A stretch of DNA of 64,000 bases from a virus (Duplodnaviria; Caudoviricetes), in the IMG/VR virus record IMGVR_UViG_3300046318_000318, one strand, 5' to 3'. Below the pieces are notes generated by a model, which saw only the letters and a program-made list of their open reading frames with translations, had not been told where the DNA came from and searched no databases. How positions within the stretch are numbered: the stretch's first letter is position 1; each line of letters opens with the position of its first letter. Shown one piece after another: positions 9,800-19,700 of this stretch. Both the position numbers and the translations under genes were made by a program.

Positions 9800-11162
9800 C
9801 TTACTGTCCAATAAAGTCGCTCAGCTTCACAGCTTACCCTCTTTACCCGGTGTGCTCAGACACCCGCCTATATTCTCATACAGGAACAGACTATATCTTC
9901 ACCCTCTGTATACAGTAGGGCGCTCTCCGCTTCGAATACCGCTAGGTATCCTACAGGTTGATAAAACCTTAGTCGTTGAACTTTACACATGGTTGATCAG
10001 AATCAACTTTAGCGTCTTAGCTGCTGATTGTCTCTACCTACTAATTTTCAAACACGTTACGTATGTGTTTTCACACTCCGCTTTGGTTTAGTAGTCTAAC
10101 AAGAGTTTCCAGCAATTCAAAGAGATTCTTTGAAAAGTTTCTTTTCCAAAGGACTTAACTGACTGTAATACACATACTTTCTACCGTCACGGTGAACCTT
10201 TGCTTCTTGGTTTAAACGCCAGTGTAAGGTAGTTATTTTAATACCATTATCGCTAGCGCAACTTGTGACAGACTTATATATTTTTCTTTCGTCTGTCAGA
10301 CAGTTCCAAACAGTTATGACTTTACACCCTGTGAAATTTTCATAACTTTCAATGAAATCTGTGTGTGTTACCCAAGGTATCGAATTATCATTAGGTTTAA
10401 GCTGAATAAAATTATCTATAACCGGCTGATCTTTGTTGTAAAACAACTGAGAAACATAACCTGTGCTTAAGCCTAATTTTGACGATACTTCATTACAACT
10501 ACTGTAGATAGTGATTCTTTCAATAGCTGGATATGTTCTCACCGCAACGCTTTTGTTCCTACCGTAAAGTTTTTTCGCTTCTTCTAAATCTTTTATTTCA
10601 ACCCAAGGTGTTTTATCTTTCTTCAGTTTGAATTGTTGACCAGATGGCGATAATCTTTTACCTAGGTATCTTAATCTGTATAAAACAGTATCCTTACTAA
10701 CACCAAGATGTTTGGAACATTCAATGATGCTAGGGTATTCCGATATCAAACCACTTTTAACATCTCTTACTAAAATAGGTAAACACTTTCTACTTAAGTT
10801 GTTAAGACCTGCGTGTTCAACGTTCTGTTTAGGTGTTACGATTTCAAGATTTTCAAGTGTGTTGTTGTGTTTATTACCGTCCTTATGGTTTACATACAAC
10901 TCACCAAACTTTTCATAATCGCTGCAAATAAAACAAAACGCTATCAGTCTATGCAATCCCCAAGTTAAGGTTACGCCATTATCGGATGTTAATCTAATAT
11001 TGGTGTAACCTGCTGGATTTATAGATCCTTTTAAAAACTTTTCTCTATGAAACGAAAAAACTTTTCCATCTGGCGAGACTCTGTATTTAGAGTAACCTTT
11101 TGGAATCTTAAAATTAGGTGTATTACATTCAGTCATATACAGTTCCTCACTGTATATATTTA
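9800..11162 (-). mobile_element. Group I intron (1363 nt) with HNH homing endonuclease, in vRNAP beta at DD|GKR
   Basis: P AAUUGCUGGAA (10107-10117), Q CAAUCAGCAGC (10020-10030), R GUUCAACGACUA (9970-9981), S AAGAUAUAGUCU (9888-9899); GAU| 5' site and terminal G at 9800. Confidence 0.9.
10117..11136 (-). CDS. Intron-encoded HNH homing endonuclease (339 aa)
   Basis: KYRVSPDGKVFS NUMOD4-like segment; LHRLIAFCF...VNHKDGNKHNNTLENLEIVTPKQNVEHA HNH motif; GAGGA RBS. Confidence 0.9.
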   Translation of the reverse strand: MTECNTPNFKIPKGYSKYRVSPDGKVFSFHREKFLKGSINPAGYTNIRLTSDNGVTLTWGLHRLIAFCFICSDYEKFGELYVNHKDGNKHNNTLENLEIVTPKQNVEHAGLNNLSRKCLPILVRDVKSGLISEYPSIIECSKHLGVSKDTVLYRLRYLGKRLSPSGQQFKLKKDKTPWVEIKDLEEAKKLYGRNKSVAVRTYPAIERITIYSSCNEVSSKLGLSTGYVSQLFYNKDQPVIDNFIQLKPNDNSIPWVTHTDFIESYENFTGCKVITVWNCLTDERKIYKSVTSCASDNGIKITTLHWRLNQEAKVHRDGRKYVYYSQLSPLEKKLFKESL

Positions 11163-14100
11163 ATCATCTTGACTACTACCTGGTGCAAGCATAGTGGCTG
11201 TGCTTACCATAGAAGCAGGTGTTACATTTTTATCAGCTTTGATAATCCCACGCATATCCTTAAAATTTGGATTAGACGAAAGATAGAAGTTGATACCCAC
11301 GTCACCGCTGTCAACAGAAGCTTCAGAGACCACACCTACATCAGACACATGAAAAGCTCTGGTGGCTTTGTTCATGGATTCTTTACCACGACCACCTTCA
11401 CCTACATATGTCACTATCTCAGACTCTTTCATGTTCTGGATAGGGTTGATATCCTCTACTAACTTAATAGCAGGGTCTTTCATAATAGCTGACCATACAG
11501 CAAAAGGAGACATATCTATCTTGGATCTTCCAGAGATATTCTTATTCCTATACTGTCTTATAGCTGTAGATAATTGACTGTAGACTATGCCAGAGATACG
11601 CTCATAACCTCTGATACGCATGTGGTTTAGGTCTTGAGTATCTGGATGGCTGTAATCTACAAGCATCTCAGTAGACTTGACTAACAAACCTTCAAAAGTA
11701 ACAGGCATGTTCATCTGCTCAAGTATGGTTTTAGTAATCCCATCTATAAACAGTTGACGATAGACATCCAGTTCACGTATGTATAGTGAGCTCAGAGATT
11801 TACTTTCAAACAAGTTGAAATAAACATCTTTGTCGTTATACATCTCTACCGGATATTGTTTTAGAGTTTTCTCAAAGTCTAAGAAGCCAGAGAGTATTAA
11901 ACTGGCTGCTTTCTGTTTCCTGCTGAATATGTAAGACACATCAGCAAACTTCAAAGCGTATTCATCTTGCTGAAGATCCTTTTGGAACCTGCCTTCGACG
12001 ACACGATACTTGGCTTTAAGAAGAGTCAGTAGTTTATCTAGCCCAATGTAGTACCCAAGCACTACACCGACAGGTATTGTCTTAGCAAATACTCTAAGCT
12101 CTGTAAAGTCTACAGGTGATTTGGTTTTATCTATCCCTAGCATGGTCTCTATATGACCTATGCTGACATATCCACCTGCTTTATAGATAAAGAATTCTTC
12201 AGTCTCAGCCATCACGATAGGTTCCAGCTTAGCTGTAAACCCACAGACTATACTTCCGTTCTTCTCTATTTTAGCAAAGTCGTCAGAAATAACAGATCGA
12301 TCTCTTTCATCAAAGATGAAAGTATTACCTGCTATCTTAAACGTTTTATAGTTTTGAGACAGAAAGCTATAGAGGTAAGGAGCTTTAAGTAAGTTGTTAT
12401 ACACGTTAGCAGGACCCAGATCTGTAATGACAGGGTTTTCTAACATGCTTAACTTACTGATGTTTCTCAATAACCAATCGTAAGAGCTGTTGGCTTTCTT
12501 ATCAGATACAGCCACAAACGTCTTACCGTAATAGCTGGTTAAAGCTACTGTGATAGGGTCTATTTTGCGGATAGGTGTATCTACACGCTGTTTTCTGTAA
12601 GAGTAAGAAGACCCACCTACCTTCATCACTCCGTCTTCATCCACACACGGTACTCTGAACCGTATCGTAGAAGCCATACCGTCTACAGGTTTAAACTGTA
12701 CTTCATGTACATCGTAGGCACCCATGACACTACTTTCATTTCTGATCTCATAGCTGGTTATAGCTACACCAGCTTTCTGTAAACCAGACACCATCATCAA
12801 CATGTCTTTCTTCATGACTTTGTTGATGTAAGCTTTATCAAAAGACTGTAAAGAAGATTCAGCCATCGTCTTGTCTAACATGTATTCAGACGTGACTATT
12901 TTATTGTCTTCTTCATTTAAAGTGACATCAGCTACTGTAACAGAGTTCAACTCAGAGATTTTCTTCTTGCTACCGTAAGGATCTTCTATGTTGTCAAATT
13001 CTTCAGCCAGCTTAACCATCTTTTTATAATCAGCTGCTGACAACCTACCAGTATCAGCAGCAGCATCTATAGACATTTTAAGACTTTCTTTATAAGTCTT
13101 ATCCCCATAGACTTCAGCTTGTACTTGTTCTTCTGTAAATACTCTCTTGAGTTTGGTTTCGGTAACTGCACCTTCACCATCTACAGATATGCCTTTCTTG
13201 GCTAACTTGTTCTTCTGTACAGTATCAGCTACTTTGACTTCTTCATCCACTTGAGCCAATATAGCGTCAATATCTTTTATATCGTTTAAACCATCGTCTT
13301 CATCCTCAGAAACCTCAGGCTTTTTATCTGTGGTTTCTTTTGCTTTAGACTTGGTAACACCATGCATGAAAGCATCTGATACCTCACCAGGTAGATCTAC
13401 CTCATCATCGAAGTCAACAGACTCTGCATCCTGAACAGGATCTTCCATCAAAGGTTCTTCTTCTGCAATCTCAGAAGAAGTATTCAGCTCCATCAAAAAC
13501 TTCAGAAACAACTTCTGGATGTGGGTATCCTCAAGCTGCATAGTGTCATTAAAGCCTGTTAGGTTGTTATGTCCTTTGATCCAACTAGACATATAACCTA
13601 AGTTAACGATAGAAGCTTTATTGGTTTTGTTAAAGAAAACGATGTTTACTTTAGAAAGCTTGTCCTCAGTGATACCAGACAAAACACTTTGACCTGAGTT
13701 CTCTTTATCCAACCATTTGTAAACCTCAAGAACAAACAGTTTCTCAACTGTATTAAATACAGTCAGTAAACCTGTACTAGGCTTGGCTTTAGAGAACTGT
13801 TCTAAGAAGCTAACTGCAGGTACCTCTTTAGGCACAGACATGAAGATAAAGTGATGCCTTCCAGATATCCCACAATCTTTAGACACGTTTTCAAATAACG
13901 TATTATAAAGATTCTTAAACTTGAAATAAGGCGTTGTAGCCAGATCCATGTATTTATAACTCTCATGCAGATAGTTATAATTTTTCACGATTAAAGTACT
14001 GCTGTCTTTAACAACAGCTGTGGCTTCAGGTCTGTATTGAAACAGTTTGTTTTTCAGATGGAAATCTCTGATAGCCACTTTCAATACAAAAGGTACCTTC

Positions 14101-14333
14101 CTGGCACCACCTTCTGTAAAGTCCGACACAAAGACATAGTCAGTAGCTATCCTGTTTTTAAAACCTTTGAAATAAAGCTTAGAAACATCAAGATCCATAC
14201 CACCATCCATAGTGAGGTGGTGGTAAACAGAATCTCTGGGAAAGCTTATGAAATCCACTATTTTTGGACTGACTAAGTTCTGTATGCGTCTGGTACCTGA
14301 TTCTCTATAGAAGAGATTAAAAAGTTTTTGCAT
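11163..14333 (-). CDS. rpoB: vRNAP beta-like subunit (gp178-like), exon 1 (1057 aa); spliced product 1057+303+68 = 1428 aa
   Basis: RIRGYER, EDINPIQ, VTYVGEGGRGKES...RAFHVSDVGVVSEASVDSGDVG (fork/Rif-region-like) motifs; the ORF ends at the splice site SQDD|UAA. Confidence 0.88.
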
Positions 14334-14338
14334 GTTGT

Positions 14339-14500
14339 TTAACCTGTCATGTTGGCCAGTGTTAACTCAAGAACATCATCTCCAGCACTGAAGTTCATCT
14401 TGTTATTTACACCGACATAGAAATCTCTAGAATTTAATTTGTTTCTGATCTCTAACTTAGACTCTTCAGACAGAACGCAAACTAAAGACATCGTATCACC
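14339..14500 (-). CDS. rpoC: vRNAP beta-prime-like subunit (gp180-like), exon 3 (GDTMS..., 53 aa)
   Basis: Starts GGT GAT ACG ATG directly after the intron terminal G at 14501 and completes ADFD|GDTM. Confidence 0.88.
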   Translation of the reverse strand, partial: GDTMSLVCVLSEESKLEIRNKLNSRDFYVGVNNKMNFSAGDDVLELTLANMTG

Positions 14501-14839
14501 CTTATTGTCCAGTAAAGTCGCTCGGTTATATAAACCTACTCTCTTTACCCGGTGTGCTAAGACACCCGCCTGTACTTTCATACAGGAACAGACCATATCA
14601 CCATCTTCAGCTTTATCTGGTAAGATGCTTCCCACTTCGGATCTGCTAGATCCTACTCCCTTACGGGATGGTCGTTGAACGTTCACCTATACGGTGCTTC
14701 GCTGCTGATAACCCAATCCTAATCTTTTCAAACCGTGGCTTTGGCTTTCGCCTCGCGGTGGTGATTAGGCTCTAAGGGTGTTCCAGCAATTCAAGAAGTT
14801 TTCATTACAGAATTTCTTCTATATGCGACAATGTTACTT
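14501..14839 (-). mobile_element. ORF-less group I intron (339 nt), downstream member of the tandem pair in the beta-prime catalytic motif
   Basis: P 14781-14791, Q 14701-14710, R GUUCAACGACCA (14669-14680), S GAUAUGGUC (14591-14599). P7 is GACCA/UGGUC, a compensatory change from GACUA/UAGUC in the other three introns. P1 is CGAU|AA/UUGUCG; P10 is GUAACAUU/GGUGAUAC (7 of 8 positions pair). Confidence 0.9.
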
Positions 14840-14845
14840 ATCGAA
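14840..14845 (-). CDS. rpoC: 6-nt micro-exon (TTC GAT = Phe-Asp) of the vRNAP beta-prime catalytic ADFDGD motif (exon 2)
   Basis: Flanked by the upstream intron end (...GGACAAUAGG|) and the downstream intron start (|AAGUAACAUUGUCG). It is the exact piece needed to rebuild LGAD-FD-GDTM in frame. Confidence 0.85.
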
Positions 14846-15256
14846 CCTATTGTCCAGTTACAGTCGTTCGGTTTCAAACCTATCATAAAGTAACCCGGTG
14901 TGCTTAGACACCCGCCTTTGGCTTTCCCAAAGGAGCAGACTATATCTTCACCCTCTGTTTATACAGTAGGGTGTTTCCCACTTCGGAGATACTATCTCCT
15001 ACACCTTGCTTAAGGGTTAGTCGTTGAACTTTACGCATGGTTGGCTATAAAGTCAACTTTAGCGTCTTAGCTGCTGATTACCCATTGTTACATTTAATCC
15101 GTTTTCAAACCTTGGCTTTGATTTTCATCTAGCGGTGGTGGATTAACTTTAGGGTGTTCCAGCAATTCAAGAAAAATCTCTTTAAATATTACTATTTAAG
15201 AGGACAATCGGATATAAAATATGAATACTTTTAACTCACTTTTTATATCCTTTTTT
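14846..15256 (-). mobile_element. ORF-less group I intron (411 nt), upstream member of the tandem pair in the beta-prime catalytic motif
   Basis: P 15157-15167, Q 15070-15079, R 15018-15029, S 14937-14948. P2 is UAAAUA-GUAA-UAUUUA; the 5' exon ends GCU GAU and the intron ends in G at 14846. Confidence 0.9.
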
Positions 15257-16702
15257 ATCAGCACCCAATCTCCCAAGCTGCTTCACAGCGGGCGAGAACG
15301 AATTATAAAAACCATTTCCGTGTATGGGAAATTCAGCACAGACAAGTTCTGTAGGTTCCCAGTTATCATCCAGTAAAGTTCTGGTGTCAGCTTCTACTGT
15401 AGACTTCAGGTACACGTAGCTTGGATATATACTACCATACCCAGTGATAGGGTAACGCGTAGCAAAACAAGGTATCTCTTCAGACCCGTGATAAACACTT
15501 AACATGATCAGCTCAGTTAAAGTGATAGGGCTCACTTCTTCTTTGCTGTATCTTTCAGGTAGTTCATCTATGTCTTGTAAGAATCGATATGTGTTGTCCT
15601 TACCTTTAAAGATCAATCCTGCGTAATGACCAGATATCTCTATATAGTCATGTCTTAGGTTCTCTTGTCCGTAAGTAGCAAAGACTTTCTCTAGACCTTC
15701 GTTGGTCATCCACTTATCGTACTCTTTACCATTGATAGGTACAGTTACTTTCTTCAGAGTCTTTTTATCTACCAGTATCATGGGTGTGTTAGGTCCTGTA
15801 AAGACCTTAGACATAAACCCATCTCTTACGTTTCTAATAGAAAGAGGTAGAGTAGCTCTTAGAAACTGATAAAGACCCACCACAGTTTGTTCTGTGGAAA
15901 CAGACTTAGGACCAAAGAGTTGTGTAGACTTACTTACATAAGAGGTAATAACGTTTCTGGTAGAATGAAAAACTTTTCTACCTGCCCACTTACCTAGTAT
16001 GAGTTTAGACTTACCTTCTAACAGATTCTTAATATACTCAAAGATCTCATTACAAGCTATCTGTAGCTGAAACCTCATGTTGTTGAAATACTCAGCATTT
16101 AACTTAGAGTCTACCGTACCTATGACACCAGAAAGAGAAAGTACTCTTCTATAGAGTCCGTTGATCTCATCTTCGCTAGGTTGACTATTCTCATCTAGAG
16201 TATAGTCTCTCATACCAGCTGGCATCACTACAAACTTATCTATCAGAGCTTTACTGATATATTTATTTACCAGCTTAATATTAAACTCTCTCTTAGGAGA
16301 TGGTCTGTCTTCAAACTTGATATCCTTATAATGCTTAACAAAGAAATCAAATCCAGTTTTACCTGTGACAGGATCAGACTTAACAAAGTCTTTAAGTTCT
16401 GTGTCAAAGACAGCGTAAGCTCTAGATGACATGATGTCACCGTAAAGACTCTTAAGATCATAAAGAGCTTTAAAGATGATAGGATGGAAGATCTGGATGT
16501 TTAGATCTATATAAGAGAACATACGGTTTCTCTTCTCTTCCCCCACCATACCGAACGTCTCAGTGCTGAATAAACCATCTGGATGAAAGTTCTTACTGAA
16601 CCCGTCCATGATGTCAAGTACTTTAACAGGTCTTAAACTTCGAATGTCTAGATCTGCTAGGTTAAGCAAATCCAGGTTAAAGGGTAAAGAAGGTGATTGC
16701 AT
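15257..16702 (-). CDS. rpoC: vRNAP beta-prime-like subunit (gp180-like), exon 1 (482 aa); spliced product 482+2+53 = 537 aa
   Basis: FHPDGLFSTETFG, VMPAGMRD, GKWAGRKVFHSTRNVIT and ATRYPITG motifs (beta-prime regions A-D). The ORF runs ...LGAD then KKGYKK* instead of FDGD. Confidence 0.9.
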
Positions 16703-16746
16703 GCTTGATCCTATGAAATTAATCGGCCTTAAAAGGATTACCCAAA

Positions 16747-19700
16747 ATGGCTAAGAATGTAAAGAAAAAATTACAACGTGATGAGTTTGATCTAGATAAT
16801 GATCTAGACTTTGATGACTTTGGTATGGATGACATATCTTCCGAAATGTCACCAGAGTCTAGTAATTCTAAATCTAGATCCCCTGTCACGGAAGTTTTTA
16901 AAGGCACCATTTCTGGTGCTGCTGGGGAAGTGGTAAGGCCTGAGTTTTTAGCTAAGACTTTAGAAGGTGCTTTACCAGAAACTTTCTCTACCAGTTTCAG
17001 CACAGCTGATAAGGTAATAGACAAAACGTCTAAGCTATATGATGATACTATCAGGGAATTAAAGCCCCAGCTTAATAACCTCGGTAGAAAAATCGATAAG
17101 CTGGTGCCTCAGGAAGAAGGTTTCCTGAGAAGAATGACAGATAAGTTCTTGGAAATGACTGGTGGTAAAGACCAGATTTCCAATTCTTCTTCTGAAGGTC
17201 AACTAGAACAAAGCATCAACAGCACAATAGCTGGAGTATTTGCAGCTAATCAAGAAGCTCAAATACAGATGTCTGCTCGTTCTAACGCACAAGAGAATGT
17301 GCGTGAAGGCGTGGCTAAGAAACGTTTCGATAGCGAAATAGGTGTCTTAGGCGGTATCCACGATAACATAGCCAGATTGACCAGCTATAACGACACTGTA
17401 ACTCAAGCTTATCAAAAGAAAAGTTTAGAGTTACAGCTGAGATCCTTCTTTGCTCAGAAAGAACTTTTAGACTTTACCAGAAAGTACCAAGAAGTATCCA
17501 CTAAGCAATTCGAGGTCATCAGTAAGAACACGGCTTTACCTGAGTTTGTTAAGATACATCAGAGTGAACGGTTTAAAGAAGAATTACAGAACAGAGCTGT
17601 AAGTAAGATAACCAATAAGTTATTTGGCGATAATAGCTTTGTGGATAACTTCTTTAAGCGTCTTACTCCTTACATAGGTGAGAAGGTTTCGGAGATAGCT
17701 CAGGGTATTGAGCAAGGTGCCGGTGCTATCGATATGATAGGCATGGGCGTGGAGACCAACAGATCAATGGGTGGGTCAGCCGCTAGTTTCTTTGGTGAGT
17801 CTATTGGCAGCATGGGGGCGGGTTACATAAGAGATCTTCTCACGCCTGAACTTAGAAAAGAAATTGAAAAAGAGTTTCCTGATCTGAAGATGACCGGTCA
17901 GAAATGGGCAAACCTTATAAAGAACCCACACGAGCTTCTTAAGAAATTCAGAAAATCTGATTGGCTGCAGGGCGGATTAAGTAGTGATAATATTGTTAAA
18001 CGTCTAGCTGCCGAGACTCTGAGCGACATGAGTCACATGGGTGATAATGAAGGACTCAAAGATTCAATAAGCGCTAGAAAAATTTATGCTGGTGATGTTC
18101 CAGGAGTCGAACAACATACCAACAGCAAGATGTTTGTTAGCGTTACCGAGATTATACCTGGCTATTTAGCCAGGATGTATCGAGAACTTAAGATCGCTAA
18201 CGGTGGTGGTGAAACAACACCTCTGACTGTCTTTGATGAAAAGGCAGGAGAGTTCAAAACTGAGGATAAACTTAAAAGCGATGTTTTAGCCAATTTGGAA
18301 AAAACAGCTAAAGATTCTTCTACGTCTTTTAACCGTAAATTAAAAGACGTTACATCTGCAATACTAGGTAATGAAAGCACACCTGAGGAACAAGAACAGA
18401 CAAACAAGTTCTTGGCGGGATTCACTTTTGAGAATTCAAGTGATACTTCCATGCAGGCTATGTTTGACAGTAAATCTTTTAAAGATCTTCCGTCAAAGAT
18501 TAGAGAAAAGTTAACAGAGAAACTATTCCATAAATTAGGGGCTGAAGCCAACCCTGAGCGTGAGGGTAATAAAGGTAGAATGATGAAGGATCTGGAAGAA
18601 CTCAGATCCATGGCTCCTAATATACAAGGTACTATCAACGATCACCTTATGGCTAACCAAACTTCCGCGTTCAATGAACTCGGTATAGTTAAAATGGATA
18701 GTGGTGGTAAGTGGAGTCTTGATAGTGACAAATACAAAGATTGGTTATTAAAACAAGCTGAGTCTGAACGATTAGGTACGTCTGACATCAACGCCAAAAC
18801 TAATATTACTAACTTTAACGGAGTGCAGCTTCCTGGACATAATGGTAAATCTGTGCTTGAAAGTTTAAGCAAGACTGGTATCTTTAATTGGAATTACAAG
18901 AAGGGTCTTGGGGAAGACACAGAGAATGCTAAGATAGGTCCTATGGCCCAAGAGGTCAAAGCCAATTTTGGTAACGCTGCTGCTCCAGATGGTAAGAAAA
19001 TAGATCTGGTTAGCATGAACGGTATAGCCATGGCTGCCATCAAAGAGTTAGATGGTAAGGTATCTAAAGTCATAGATAACAAACCTGAAAACGTCGACGA
19101 TATCTTGGAAATGGCTAAGGTACAGACAGACTATCTTAAACAAATATCTGAGAATACCAAACTAACCAATGAGAAGATGGATAACCTAGGTAAATTGACT
19201 TTACTCAATATACCTGGTATAACTATCAACAGAAACTTCTTTAAATCCATAGGTAGTTCTTTCATGTCAGCTGGTAAGCTGATTAAAGACATGACCATAG
19301 GGACTGGTAGATTTGGACTTAAACTCACAGGTGGTATATTAGGCGCTGGGTTAAAAGGCGCCGGATCTGTGGTGGGTGGTCTTTATAAGAACAAAGATAA
19401 AATAGATTCTGGTATACGCACTGTTGGCAGATTAGGAAGAGACCTTATTACTAACGTAGGAGATATGGCTTATAAAGGTGCAGAACGCTTAGGCGGTAGC
19501 GTTTTTAAGATGGCTGCGTCTTTGGTAAGAGGTACCGTGAATCTGTTTATCGATACAGATATTTATATTAAAGGTGAACTTGCTCCTCGTATCAAAAAGA
19601 TATTGGTGGAGTCTGGTGAGTATTACGATAAGCAATCTGGAACCGTCATTAAGAAGTTCTCTGATATCAAAGGTGATATCGTAGATAAGTCCGGCAACAT

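Noticed and set aside
9800-9811. TTG start of ORF 8888..9811, and GTG start of ORF 7066..7266, as independent genes
   Set aside because: No convincing RBS; both begin within a few nucleotides of an intron 3' end and mid-motif.
14501-14686. N-terminal part of ORF 14339..14686 (MNVQRPSRKG...)
   Set aside because: It is a chance reading through the intron core (R, P8, S, P9); only 14500-14339 is exon.
7066-16702. vRNAP genes as pseudogenes, frameshifts, natural split subunits, inteins or stop-codon recoding
   Set aside because: Each break coincides with a full set of group I P/Q/R/S elements and U|...G| boundaries that restore conserved motifs in frame. The stops are TAA and TGA followed by non-coding RNA cores, not by continued protein.
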